The notes below the pieces were generated by a model that saw only the letters and a list, made by a program, of their open reading frames with translations, did no database searches and was not told the DNA's origin. A program made the translations under genes and the position numbers. From Candidatus Micrarchaeaceae archaeon (GTDB lineage: Archaea > Micrarchaeota > Micrarchaeia > Micrarchaeales > Micrarchaeaceae): a stretch of DNA of 35,421 bases. Positions within the stretch are counted from its first letter, which is position 1, and each line of letters starts with the position of its first letter. Shown here one piece after another: positions 9,179 to 19,197 of this stretch. The DNA is taken from the NCBI GenBank assembly GCA_050013715.1, contig JBEKES010000005.1, positions 1 through 35,421 of the forward strand, written 5' to 3'.

Positions 9179-9844
9179 CTATTTATCTGTCAGTTTAGCT
9201 TCATCTATTACGTATCTTCCAACACTGCCAGACCAATCGATATGGCTTTTTAGCACTTCTATCTTTTTCTTGAAAAGAGGAGCATCAAGAACAAATGATT
9301 CAGCTTCGCCTCCTTCAAAAAGCATGTTTATTTTATATTTTTCATTTATTTTTTTTAATTTTTCTATTAATTCGCTGTCGATTCTTGCACCAAGGAAGCT
9401 TTTATCAAACCCCTCAGCTGCAATTTGAGTTACTATCACATTATAATTTTCTGAAAGCTCTGATAATTCAGCAATAGGATCAATATGCCATATTGGAGAT
9501 ATTGCCTTTATCGAAAGTCTTTCGCATATTTTTTCTATCCTATCCTTTTGATAAACACTTGCAACTGCCCCAGTTACCAATTCAGTAACATTATTCTCTT
9601 TTAATGATTTTTCTATATCGTCCAGTTCTTTTTCCTTCTCTCCTTTTGTTTTGTATATTACTTGCCTTATCTGAAGGGCTTCTGCTTGCATCGATGACAA
9701 ATTTATATTTGGTTTATGAAACATGTAACTGAATTCATTTTCAGATATCATTGTTATTAGTAACCCAACATCTTTTCCTTGCTCATGAACTTTATGCAAG
9801 GCTAATGTTGAATCCTTGCCACCACTAAAAAGACATGCAATCAT
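9179..9844 (-). CDS. dph6: Diphthine-ammonia ligase (PP-loop)
   Basis: LFSGGKDS, SYMFH, GAVASVYQ, EGGEAESFVLDAPLF. Confidence 0.88.
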   Translation of the reverse strand: MIACLFSGGKDSTLALHKVHEQGKDVGLLITMISENEFSYMFHKPNINLSSMQAEALQIRQVIYKTKGEKEKELDDIEKSLKENNVTELVTGAVASVYQKDRIEKICERLSIKAISPIWHIDPIAELSELSENYNVIVTQIAAEGFDKSFLGARIDSELIEKLKKINEKYKINMLFEGGEAESFVLDAPLFKKKIEVLKSHIDWSGSVGRYVIDEAKLTDK

Positions 9845-9848
9845 TTAA

Positions 9849-10496
9849 TCACTTCGAATTACTTGAAGGGCAAATATTCTTGAGCACACATTCATTGCAA
9901 TATTTTGTTCTTGCTGTGCAGGTATCCCTTCCCAATGCAATAAATAAATGAGTTAAATTTCCCCAATCCTTTTCATCAATAATTTTCATTAGTTTCTCTT
10001 CGATTTTCTTGGGATTATTTGTATTAGCAAGTTTTAATCTATTTGCAACAGTAATGCAGTGAGTATCTATTGCTATCCCTTCATTTATGCCGAATGCATT
10101 TGCAAGAACTACATTTGCAGTTTTTCTTCCAACTCCGTCAAGAGTTATAAGTTGGTCTATAGTTTTTGGCACTTGCATGTTGAAGTTTTGCTTGATGGTT
10201 TTTGCTGTTTTAATTATGTTTTTTGATTTACTTTTGTATAATCCTATGCTGCTTATATAAGGATAAAGCTGTTGTGGTTTTAATTTTGAGAAAGAATCTA
10301 TTGTACTGTATTTTCTAAATAGAGGAGCAGTTATTTTGTTAACTTGCTTATCTTGCGATTGCGCAGAAAGCATTGTGGCAACAAGGAGCTCCCAAGGATT
10401 TGAATGGTAAAGTGAAGTATTCATTTCTGATTTGTACCTTTTCTTTAGAAGTTTCAGTATGGTACCGATCTTTTCTTTATCGTTTTTCTTGTTCAT
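9849..10496 (-). CDS. nth: Endonuclease III (HhH-GPD, 4Fe-4S)
   Basis: LSAQSQD, LDGVGRKTAN, IDTH, C-x6-C-x2-C-x5-C. Confidence 0.93.
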   Translation of the reverse strand: MNKKNDKEKIGTILKLLKKRYKSEMNTSLYHSNPWELLVATMLSAQSQDKQVNKITAPLFRKYSTIDSFSKLKPQQLYPYISSIGLYKSKSKNIIKTAKTIKQNFNMQVPKTIDQLITLDGVGRKTANVVLANAFGINEGIAIDTHCITVANRLKLANTNNPKKIEEKLMKIIDEKDWGNLTHLFIALGRDTCTARTKYCNECVLKNICPSSNSK

Positions 10497-11052
10497 TAGA
10501 ATACCATTTGAAAAAAGAGTCGAATGCTTTTGCCCTGTGTGATAATGTGTTTTTTTCTGCTAACCCTATTTCTCCGAAGCTTTTTCCATCATAACCATCT
10601 GGAGAGAATATAGGATCAAAACCGAAACCATGTTTTCCCTTCTCTTCTTGTATTATAGTTCCATGTACTTTTTCTGCAAAAGAGATTAAATTTGAACCAT
10701 CGTAAAAACTGACACAACATTCGAAATAAGCCTTTCTGTCATTTATGCCCCGCATCAACTTCAATAATCCTTTATTACCTATTGTTGGTACTACATATGC
10801 AGAGTATACACCTGGAAAACCATTAAGTGAATTTACAAATAATCCAGAATCATCTACAACTAGCGGTTTCCTGATTTTTCCGTATGCATTAAGCGCGCTG
10901 AATTGTGAAACCTCTTCCAATGAATCGGCTTGTATCTCAAGCTTTTCTGTACCGTTTTTGGGCATTTCTAATCTTATGCCATACTTTTTAGCTATATCAT
11001 TGGCCTCAGCTAACTTTCCGCTGTTGTGTGTAACTAACACTAGAGTCTTCAT
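10477..11052 (-). CDS. rdgB: Non-canonical purine NTP pyrophosphatase (RdgB/HAM1)
   Basis: THNSGK, DDSGL, GFPGVYS, GFGFDPIF, SHR. Confidence 0.93.
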   Translation of the reverse strand: MKTLVLVTHNSGKLAEANDIAKKYGIRLEMPKNGTEKLEIQADSLEEVSQFSALNAYGKIRKPLVVDDSGLFVNSLNGFPGVYSAYVVPTIGNKGLLKLMRGINDRKAYFECCVSFYDGSNLISFAEKVHGTIIQEEKGKHGFGFDPIFSPDGYDGKSFGEIGLAEKNTLSHRAKAFDSFFKWYSNEQEKR

Positions 11053-11108
11053 AAAATCAGATATAGTTATTAGTTAATGATAAATATTTATACTACTATA
11101 TTTGTCAT

Positions 11109-11765
11109 ATGGGGGAAGATAAACTGCTTAGTTCTAAGGAGGCAAATCAATTAGCAGAAAAACTAAGTAGCAAATACAAAGATGCGCATTACTACCTTAA
11201 TTTTAAAACACCAATAGATTTGGTAGTAGCTGCTATACTATCTGCACAGACAAGAGATGAAGTAGTAAATAAGATTACACCTGCTTTGTTTGGCAAATAC
11301 AAGACAGCAAAGGACTATGCAAATGCAGATGTTGATGAATTAGTTGGTTATATAAAAAGCGTAAGCTTTGCTGGCAACAAGGCTAAAAACATAATCAATA
11401 CCTGTAAAGAGATATCCAACAAGTACAATGGCAAAGTGCCCAACAAGATGGAAGAGCTTGAGGAGCTTCCTGGCATTGGAAGAAAAACAGCTAATACAAT
11501 ATTGATAAACGCTTACGGCATAGTGGAAGGCATTCCTGTAGATACGTGGGTGATAAAGCTCTCTTACAGGCTTGGCCTAAGCTTGAATAAGGATCCTGAA
11601 AAGATAGAAAGTGATCTTAAGTCAAAGATACCAAAAGAATACTGGAGCAAGTTTGCATATGTACTCAAGATGCACGGAAAGGCAGTATGCCAGACAATTC
11701 CTTATTGCAGCAAATGCCCAGTAGAAAGTATGTGCCCAAAAAACGGAGTTACAAAGAAATTGTGA
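11109..11765 (+). CDS. nth: Second endonuclease III paralog
   Basis: LSAQTRD, LPGIGRKTAN, VDTW, C-x5-C-x2-C-x5-C. Confidence 0.88.
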   Translation: MGEDKLLSSKEANQLAEKLSSKYKDAHYYLNFKTPIDLVVAAILSAQTRDEVVNKITPALFGKYKTAKDYANADVDELVGYIKSVSFAGNKAKNIINTCKEISNKYNGKVPNKMEELEELPGIGRKTANTILINAYGIVEGIPVDTWVIKLSYRLGLSLNKDPEKIESDLKSKIPKEYWSKFAYVLKMHGKAVCQTIPYCSKCPVESMCPKNGVTKKL

Positions 11766-11769
11766 TAAA

Positions 11770-13032
11770 ATGCAAGTTATAGCTGATTTTCATACACATT
11801 CAAGATTCGCTATGGCGTGCAGCTCCTCAATTACCATAAAGGGAATGGAAACAGCTGCATTTGAGAAAGGAATCAATCTAATAGGAACAAGCGATTTCAC
11901 GCATGGAGCGTGGCTTGATGAATTGAAAGCCAATATGGAAAAAGATAATGAAACAAACTTCTTCAAAATAAAAAATTCTAATTCAAATGTAAGATTTGTG
12001 TTAAGCGGAGAAGTATCGACAATTTTCACAGGAAATGACAAAAGAACAAAGAAAATCCATAATATAATTCTGCTTCCTGATTTTGAATCACTTAATTCAT
12101 TAAGAGATGTTCTGAAAAGATATGGAAACCTAGAAAGCGATGGAAGACCGCAGCTTTCTATGAGTGCAGCTTCGCTTGTTGAGGAAGTATTCAAAGTAAA
12201 CAAGAACGCATTTGTCTTCCCTGCACACGCATGGACTCCATATTTTGGAGTATTTGGTTCATTGTCAGGTTTTGATTCAATGAAAGATGCTTATGAAGAT
12301 CAGGAGAAGCACATACATGCCTTGGAGACGGGACTCTCTTCAGATCCTCCATTAAATTGGAGAATATCTGGATTAGACAAATATACTCTTTTGTCAAACA
12401 GTGATATGCATTCTCTTCCGAAACTAGGAAGAGAGGCAAACGTGTTCGAAATTGATGAGGGTAAATTGGATTACAGCAACATTACAGAAATAATAAAACA
12501 AAAAGATAGCAAACATTTGAAAAGCACAATTGAATTCTATCCAGAAGAGGGAAAATATCATTTTGATGGACATAAGGAATGCAAATTCTCTGTTGATCCA
12601 TCAAACAGCAAAATCAGCGTTTGCAAGATATGTGGTAAAAAATTAGTAATAGGAGTTGTACACAGAGTTAATGATCTTGCAGATAGGCCAGTCGGATATG
12701 TTCCGAAAAATTCAATACCTTACGTTAATATTGTACCACTAATAGAGGTAGTTGCTTATTCCATGAGAAAGACAACTTATTCTCCAATAGTAATTACGCA
12801 ATACAGAACACTTCTAGAAAAGGTCGGAAAGGAATTTGATATATTAATGAACATTGATTTGGAAAGAATTGCGGAAAGTTCAACAAAAGAGATTGCACAA
12901 GCAATAAGCAACGTACGAGAAAACAAAATCCACATAATCCCAGGATATGCTGGAGTTTTTGGAGAGATAGACTTACTGAATAGGGAAAAGGACCATAGCA
13001 ACGTAATAAGGCAGAAAAGCCTTTTTGACTAA
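11770..13032 (+). CDS. Endonuclease Q family (PHP domain plus Zn-binding)
   Basis: DFHTHSRF, PAHAWTP, ETGLSSD, SNSDMHS, GKYH..GH..C, CKICG, GVVHRV, PGY.GVFG. Confidence 0.87.
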   Translation: MQVIADFHTHSRFAMACSSSITIKGMETAAFEKGINLIGTSDFTHGAWLDELKANMEKDNETNFFKIKNSNSNVRFVLSGEVSTIFTGNDKRTKKIHNIILLPDFESLNSLRDVLKRYGNLESDGRPQLSMSAASLVEEVFKVNKNAFVFPAHAWTPYFGVFGSLSGFDSMKDAYEDQEKHIHALETGLSSDPPLNWRISGLDKYTLLSNSDMHSLPKLGREANVFEIDEGKLDYSNITEIIKQKDSKHLKSTIEFYPEEGKYHFDGHKECKFSVDPSNSKISVCKICGKKLVIGVVHRVNDLADRPVGYVPKNSIPYVNIVPLIEVVAYSMRKTTYSPIVITQYRTLLEKVGKEFDILMNIDLERIAESSTKEIAQAISNVRENKIHIIPGYAGVFGEIDLLNREKDHSNVIRQKSLFD

Positions 13033-13093
13033 ACAATTTTGCTTTTCAGTTAGGTTTATATATTTAGAAATTCATAACATATAATGTGATAAT

Positions 13094-13408
13094 ATGAGGG
13101 CAACGTATTATGCAAAAGGCATTTTGAAAGCCAAAAGTATTCAAGAAAAATCATCTTTGCTCACAGCATTTTTAAGAAATGGACACAATATAAATGAACC
13201 TATTGGTTGGTTCAGAAGAGAGACGCTAATGCATAAAGCAGCACGTTCAAACGATGTCCAGTTAGGTAGACTATTACGCGAGAATGGTGCAGCGATAGAC
13301 AAACAGAACCGCTTTGGTAAGACACCCCGTAATCTTGCGTATTCTCCAGTTGTAATGCTTGATTTCATGGATTTCTTAGACGAAGTAGAGGCGACAGCTA
13401 GTCTTTAA
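13094..13408 (+). CDS. Small ankyrin-repeat protein
   Basis: ETLMHKAA...LLRENGAAIDKQNRFGKTP. Confidence 0.8.
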   Translation: MRATYYAKGILKAKSIQEKSSLLTAFLRNGHNINEPIGWFRRETLMHKAARSNDVQLGRLLRENGAAIDKQNRFGKTPRNLAYSPVVMLDFMDFLDEVEATASL

Positions 13409-13515
13409 GATAAATAAAGTGCGATCCATAGCAAGGATTATATATCTATTCGATTATAATCAATATGTAAATCATACGATTTAGTATAGGATTTCTATAA
13501 AAAGGTCGAATTTTC

Positions 13516-13935
13516 ATGAAGAAAAATCCTTTAAAAGATAAATTAATAGCAGTTGTAAGAATCAGAGGCAGGGTCAACGTAAGGTCAGACATAACTGAGA
13601 CGCTCAACAGATTGAATCTTAAGAGAGTCAGCAACTGCGTTCTATTGAAAGTTACCGATTCCTATAATGGAATGCTATTGAAGTGCAGCAATTATGTTGC
13701 ATTTGGAGAAATAGACGAACCTACACTTTCGAAACTGCTGGAGAAACATGCAAATGGATTGAAGGCAAAGGAAGTGTTGGAAGGCAGGGACTCCGAGAAA
13801 TTGAAGGAATTGCTTCCTTTCAGGTTGCATCCCCCACGTCATGGCTACAAGAGCACCAAGCTTAATTTCAAGCAGGGTGGCTCTCTCGGCTATTCAGGTG
13901 CAGAGATAAACAAGCTCATAGAGCGCATGGTGTAG
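13516..13935 (+). CDS. rpl30: 50S ribosomal protein uL30
   Basis: AVVRIRG, FRLHPPRHG, G.LGY...INKLIERM. Confidence 0.95.
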   Translation: MKKNPLKDKLIAVVRIRGRVNVRSDITETLNRLNLKRVSNCVLLKVTDSYNGMLLKCSNYVAFGEIDEPTLSKLLEKHANGLKAKEVLEGRDSEKLKELLPFRLHPPRHGYKSTKLNFKQGGSLGYSGAEINKLIERMV

Positions 13936-13937
13936 TA

Positions 13938-14336
13938 ATGGTAGTAAGGCAGGAGAAAAGAAACAGAAAATACTTGGGAACAAGAAGATGGGGAAAGGGC
14001 AACATAAAGAATGCAAGAGGAAAGGGAGACAAGGGAGGAGTAGGCAAGGGAGGCAAGAAGCACAAATGGACCTGGGTAACTGCCAAGGCTCCAGAAACCA
14101 TAAGAACCATAGGCTTCAAGCCATGGAGGCCAAGAAAGCCAAAGGAAATCAATCTTCGTATTATAAATGAGCTTGTAATCAAGTCAAAGGAAGCTAAGGC
14201 GACCATTGAGCTCAAGAACTACAAAGTGCTTAGCAACGGCTCATTGAGCAAGCCTGCAATAATAAGGGCAAGCAGCTTCTCCAAGAGCGCTCTGGAAAAG
14301 ATAAAGAGTGCTGGAGGCGAGGCAATTAAGATATAA
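13938..14336 (+). CDS. rpl15: 50S ribosomal protein uL15
   Basis: GTRRWGKG...RGKG..GG.G.GG..HKW, FSKSALEKI..AGG. Confidence 0.95.
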   Translation: MVVRQEKRNRKYLGTRRWGKGNIKNARGKGDKGGVGKGGKKHKWTWVTAKAPETIRTIGFKPWRPRKPKEINLRIINELVIKSKEAKATIELKNYKVLSNGSLSKPAIIRASSFSKSALEKIKSAGGEAIKI

Positions 14337-14350
14337 ATTAAGGCAAGTAA

Positions 14351-15508
14351 ATGACAGAATCACTGAATATCGCTTTTTATACTGATACTTTTTTGCCAGC
14401 AGTTGACGGAGTTGTAATCTCAATATTAAACGCAAAGAAGGAATTGGAGAAACGAGGGCACCATGTTTATATTTTCGCCAGCGGAACAGAGAAAACTAAG
14501 GAAATGGTGAAAAACGACAAAAGCATCGTAGTTGTTCCTGGCATAAAGTTCAAGAAATACCCGCAATACAGCCTTGCGCTCTTCCCCATGGCATCAACGC
14601 TTAAATTAAGGAACGTGAAAATGGACATAAACCACGCGCATACGCCATTCATGCTTGGCATTCATTCGCTCATGCTTTCAAGGATAGACAGAAAGCCCAT
14701 CGTGGGATCATTCCATACTCTTTTCACAGACAGCTCAGTGATAAAGGAATACGTAAGCGACAGCGAATTCCTGAGAAAGACGCTTATCAGCTATTCATGG
14801 AAATATGCAGAACTATTCTACAATAGATGCGACAGCGTAATTGCACCCAGCACAGCGATACAGCAAATGCTCGTTAAGAAGAGCATAAGGAACGTCAGCG
14901 TAATACCCAATGGCGTTGATACCAAGAAGTTCAATCCAAAAATAAATGGAGATAGGATACGCAAAAAGCTTGTGAAAAACGATAAAGAGAAATTAGTCAT
15001 GTACGTAGGCAGGTTAAGCAGGGAAAAGAACATAGACACGCTGATAAAGGCGGCGCAGATACTCAAGAAAGAGAACATAAGGTTTGCGCTTGTGGGAAGC
15101 GGCCCTGCCCATTCGTATTATGAGAAAATGGTGCACAAAATGCATCTGAATGACAGGGTCAAGTTCGTAGGTTTCATAGACAACATGGAGCTTCCAAAAT
15201 ACTATGCTGCATGCGACGCGTTCTGCATACCCTCTACGTTTGAAACGCAGGGTGTTGTTTCGCTGGAGGCAATGGCATCAGGAAAGCCGGTAATAGGAGC
15301 AGATTACCTTGCCCTCAAAGAGCTGATAAAAAACGGGAAGAATGGCGAGAAGTTCAAGCCAAGGAACAGTAAAGACTGTGCAGATAAAATAAAGAAGGTT
15401 ATATATAATATTGACTCATATAAAGAAATGGCAGATACGGCAAAAACATACTCCATAGAGAGGACAACCACAGACCTATTAGATTTATATAAAGGATTAA
15501 TCAAATGA
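14351..15508 (+). CDS. GT4 family glycosyltransferase
   Basis: TDTFLPAVDGV, YVGRLSREKN, ETQGVVSLEAMASGKPV. Confidence 0.92.
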   Translation: MTESLNIAFYTDTFLPAVDGVVISILNAKKELEKRGHHVYIFASGTEKTKEMVKNDKSIVVVPGIKFKKYPQYSLALFPMASTLKLRNVKMDINHAHTPFMLGIHSLMLSRIDRKPIVGSFHTLFTDSSVIKEYVSDSEFLRKTLISYSWKYAELFYNRCDSVIAPSTAIQQMLVKKSIRNVSVIPNGVDTKKFNPKINGDRIRKKLVKNDKEKLVMYVGRLSREKNIDTLIKAAQILKKENIRFALVGSGPAHSYYEKMVHKMHLNDRVKFVGFIDNMELPKYYAACDAFCIPSTFETQGVVSLEAMASGKPVIGADYLALKELIKNGKNGEKFKPRNSKDCADKIKKVIYNIDSYKEMADTAKTYSIERTTTDLLDLYKGLIK

Positions 15509-15549
15509 TAGATTATACAAACAACATTAGTGATATCCAAGGCGATTGA

Positions 15550-16263
15550 CTGGAAAACAAGATACAAGAAATACAGAATGAAGGCAAAGCTCCAACAAGG
15601 GCAGGGCGTGGCGCATCCGATGCTAGATACAAAGAGGACCCTAACAAACAATCTTTGAATACGCTCATAAAAGAGTCGAATAATCCTGCAGCCATGACCA
15701 TCAAGAAAGACATAGACGACCTAAGAAAGGAGCGCACCAAGCTCATCATAAGGGTAAAAGACTCAAGAAGAAGATTAAGCTACAAGGAAGCGGAGGAAGC
15801 CGCAATAAACAAGCTATTGCAGATGAAGAAAGAGGAGGACAAGGACGGCTCGAAAAGAAAGAGAGTAGGCTACCTCAAGCACATGAAGCAGAAGTTCGAA
15901 TTCAAGATATCAACTGAGGCATCATCACTATCGCAGGAGAAGGAGATAATTAGGAAGATAAACGAGATAAACCAGGAGCTGGACGAGGCTCTTGCATCTG
16001 TTAGGCTTGAAAGGAAATTAGGCTTCATAAAGAAAGATGTTGAAGATTACCAGAAGGGCATAACAGATATAAACAAGAGAATCGAGGAATTGGATGCAAA
16101 GCTCGATGGTTTATACGTAAATCTGAGAAAAACATTAGGCATAGGAAGCTGGCAGAACAAGCAGAAGCAACAGCAGAAGAAAGTGCAGCAGCAACAGCAG
16201 GATGTCAATCTGGAGGACATAGCTGTCATAAAGAAAAAGACAAAACAGAAACCAGAAGAATAA
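15550..16263 (+). CDS. Archaeal coiled-coil protein (start uncertain: CTG 15550 or TTG 15655)
   Basis: K/E-rich heptad sequence; the frame is open back to 15550. Confidence 0.7.
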   Translation: MENKIQEIQNEGKAPTRAGRGASDARYKEDPNKQSLNTLIKESNNPAAMTIKKDIDDLRKERTKLIIRVKDSRRRLSYKEAEEAAINKLLQMKKEEDKDGSKRKRVGYLKHMKQKFEFKISTEASSLSQEKEIIRKINEINQELDEALASVRLERKLGFIKKDVEDYQKGITDINKRIEELDAKLDGLYVNLRKTLGIGSWQNKQKQQQKKVQQQQQDVNLEDIAVIKKKTKQKPEE

Positions 16264-16309
16264 AAGAAAATAAAAAAACAAAAAATAAAAACAAAGAACA
16301 AATAAAAAA

Positions 16310-17629
16310 GTGAAAACAGTGAAAGTTACATTTTACGGTGGAGCAAAGGAAGTCGGCAGGAGCTGCGTAATGATAAGCACAGAGAAGACAAGAATTCTTC
16401 TCGATGCTGGCATTAAGCTAGGCGAAGTCGAAGAGCATCCACTGATACAGGACAAGGATTTAAACAGAATAGACGGTATTTTCATATCGCACGCGCATCT
16501 TGACCACATAGGTTATTTGCCGCACATATACAGCGCAGGATACAAAGGACACATATACACCACAAAACCAACCATGGAGCTTACGAACGTTCTGATAAGC
16601 GACTACATGAGGATATCTAATCCCCAGGATGTCACAAAGGACGGATTGAACAGACTTCAGAAAAGCTACAAGGTAGTTGAATTCAAAGAAGATGTAAGAT
16701 TGAATGACCTTACCATAAGGTTCATACCTTCTGGGCACATAGTAGGAAGCTCGATGATAACGGTAAGCGACGGAAAGAGCACTCTGATATACAGCGGTGA
16801 CTTGAATCTGTCCAAGACAAAATTACTGGAAGGAGCGGATACCAAGAACATTACGGCAAAGACGCTCATCATAGAAAGCACCTACGGAGGGAGAAAGGAC
16901 ATATTCCCGAATGAGGGAGTAGTTGCACAGAAAACACTCAAGAGCATCAATGAAACGCTGAAACTGGGAGGCAAGGTCATAATACCATCTTTCGCGGTTG
17001 GCAGAGCACAGGAGATATTGCTGATGCTTGACGATTACATAAATTCAGGGCTATTGCCAAAGGTGCCAATATACGTTGACGGAATGATAAACAAGGCAAT
17101 GCGAATTCATAGGCATAATGTAATATACTGCAGAAAGGAATTGCAGAGAAGAATCTTAATGAGCGATTATGATCCATTCAAGAGCAGCAACTTCATACCA
17201 ATAGAGAGCAAGACCCAGCGAGCAAAGGCAGTTTCAACAGATGAAAGCTGCATAATAGTCACTACAAGCGGAATGCTTACTGGAGGTCCAGTGATTTTCT
17301 ACCTTTCGAAGCTTGCGGGAATCTCAACAAACAAGGTAATATTAGTTGGATATCAGGCAGAAGGAACACCTGGAAGGCAGTTGCAGGAAGGGGCAAAAAG
17401 AATCAGATTCGACAAGACAGTTATAAACATAGGTCTTACGGTTGAATCGCAGCATTTGTCCGCACATGCAGACAGGCCGCAGCTTGAACTAATGATAAAG
17501 AAGATCAACGGATTGAAGAATGTCTTCATAATGCACGGTGAGAAGAGCAAATCAGAAGAACTACGAGAGGACATATCATCAAAGTACAAGGCGATAGTTC
17601 CAAAGAATGAAGAGTCATTTGAAGTATAA
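16310..17629 (+). CDS. Beta-CASP metallo-beta-lactamase ribonuclease (CPSF-like, no KH domains)
   Basis: EVGRSC, SHAHLDH, GHIVGS, ESTYG, FAVGRAQE, SAHAD, MHGE. Confidence 0.92.
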   Translation: MKTVKVTFYGGAKEVGRSCVMISTEKTRILLDAGIKLGEVEEHPLIQDKDLNRIDGIFISHAHLDHIGYLPHIYSAGYKGHIYTTKPTMELTNVLISDYMRISNPQDVTKDGLNRLQKSYKVVEFKEDVRLNDLTIRFIPSGHIVGSSMITVSDGKSTLIYSGDLNLSKTKLLEGADTKNITAKTLIIESTYGGRKDIFPNEGVVAQKTLKSINETLKLGGKVIIPSFAVGRAQEILLMLDDYINSGLLPKVPIYVDGMINKAMRIHRHNVIYCRKELQRRILMSDYDPFKSSNFIPIESKTQRAKAVSTDESCIIVTTSGMLTGGPVIFYLSKLAGISTNKVILVGYQAEGTPGRQLQEGAKRIRFDKTVINIGLTVESQHLSAHADRPQLELMIKKINGLKNVFIMHGEKSKSEELREDISSKYKAIVPKNEESFEV

Positions 17630-17640
17630 AGATTGTTTCT

Positions 17641-18873
17641 ATGTTAAGGCTTGGAAAGGGTAAACGCGCAATTGGAACCATAAAAAGCAGCGCAGATGAC
17701 TTCAGAGTAGAGGAGATAACAAATACGGGTCATATTCTTGAAATAGGGAAGCAATACACTCCTGAATTGCTGGGATTTAACACCCAGCAAGAGGGCAAGT
17801 TCGCTATTTTTGTAATGCAGAAGAAAGATTGGAACACAGCACAGGCATTGAAGACAATAGCAAGAAAGTTCAGAAGAGGCATAAAATCAACAAGCTTTGC
17901 AGGAACAAAAGATAGAACATCAATTTCAACGCAATTGTGCGGAATATTCGGAGTAAAACCAGAACAATTCAACGGATTCCACGTAAAGGACATAACAATT
18001 AACGGAGCATGGACGGGATCAGAAAAGATAAGGATGGGAGATCTCATCGGCAACAGGTTTGGCATAACAGTAAGGGATTTAGAATATTACGAGAATATCA
18101 AGTCCATAATAAATGAATTGGATGGATTTTTCCCCAATTATTTCGGCGAGCAGAGATTCGGCAACAGAAAGACAAACGTAGATATTGGAGTTAGCATTTT
18201 GAAAGGGGATTTCAAAAAAGCGGCATTGAATTTCCTCACGGAAACGCAGAACGAGACTAATGAAGACTCGAAGGCAGCAAGGGAAAGGCTGGCAAATGAA
18301 TTGGACTTCAACGAAGCGATGAAATACTTCCCAGAATACTTGAAATATGAAAGGATGATGCTTGAGTATCTGGCAAAGTATCCAGATAATTATGCAAACG
18401 CGATAAGGAAACTGCCAAGGTCCATATCGCTCATGTTCATACATTCAGTCGAAGACTATATATTCAACAAAGAACTTGAGGAAAGAATATCAAATAAGGA
18501 AACAGAACCGAAAAGCGGAGAAAACATATGCTATGAAAACAGCTATGGATTCCCAGATATTTCAAAAACAGGTAAATTTGATGAAAATGATAATAAAAAA
18601 GCATTCACATTGGGCAACATCATAGGTTTTGACACAGAATCAATTACAGAAATAGAGCAGAGAATACTTGAAGAGCTTGGATTGACTCTTGAATCATTTA
18701 AAGTGAAAGGCCTTAACGAACTTAATTCGAAGGGCACTTACAGAACATTGTTTGCACCTTTCAAAGATTTCTCGCACAAATATGAAGAAAATACTTGTGA
18801 AATGAATTTCTCTCTTCCTGCTGGTTCGTACGCAACAGTATTTCTTGACGAGATTCTGGAGAACAAAACATAA
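17641..18873 (+). CDS. truD: tRNA pseudouridine(13) synthase
   Basis: DFRVEE, FAGTKD, GNRF, NYFGEQRFG, FSLPAGSYAT. Confidence 0.94.
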   Translation: MLRLGKGKRAIGTIKSSADDFRVEEITNTGHILEIGKQYTPELLGFNTQQEGKFAIFVMQKKDWNTAQALKTIARKFRRGIKSTSFAGTKDRTSISTQLCGIFGVKPEQFNGFHVKDITINGAWTGSEKIRMGDLIGNRFGITVRDLEYYENIKSIINELDGFFPNYFGEQRFGNRKTNVDIGVSILKGDFKKAALNFLTETQNETNEDSKAARERLANELDFNEAMKYFPEYLKYERMMLEYLAKYPDNYANAIRKLPRSISLMFIHSVEDYIFNKELEERISNKETEPKSGENICYENSYGFPDISKTGKFDENDNKKAFTLGNIIGFDTESITEIEQRILEELGLTLESFKVKGLNELNSKGTYRTLFAPFKDFSHKYEENTCEMNFSLPAGSYATVFLDEILENKT

Positions 18874-18876
18874 GTA

Positions 18877-19101
18877 TTATTTCGACTTATTCCTTTTACT
18901 TTTAAATCTAGATAATTTCCTGTATTTTAGAATTAGGAATATGAAAAGAACAATTATGGCGCCTATGAAAAGTATAGCATAGAAGAAGCCGCTGCATACA
19001 AACAGAATCGCCAATATGGCAAGTACACTTTCAAGTAAGTCTTGACTGGTCATTGCCTTGTCAATCGCAAGTTCATTGACTATTGCTTTTTTATTTGCCA
19101 T
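18877..19101 (-). CDS. Small membrane protein
   Basis: Two hydrophobic helices and a basic tail; TATA-like element upstream. Confidence 0.6.
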   Translation of the reverse strand: MANKKAIVNELAIDKAMTSQDLLESVLAILAILFVCSGFFYAILFIGAIIVLFIFLILKYRKLSRFKSKRNKSK

Positions 19102-19197
19102 ACGTAGTTTAGAATGCGATACTATTTATCTGTTCCAGATATTAAGATCGTAATCGCCAGTATATGTATTATAAACTAAAATTAAGCACATAGTTTC

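Noticed and set aside
16155..16309. CAG-rich tract and A-rich intergenic run
   Set aside because: Low-complexity poly-Q/K coding sequence and spacer; no regular repeat unit.
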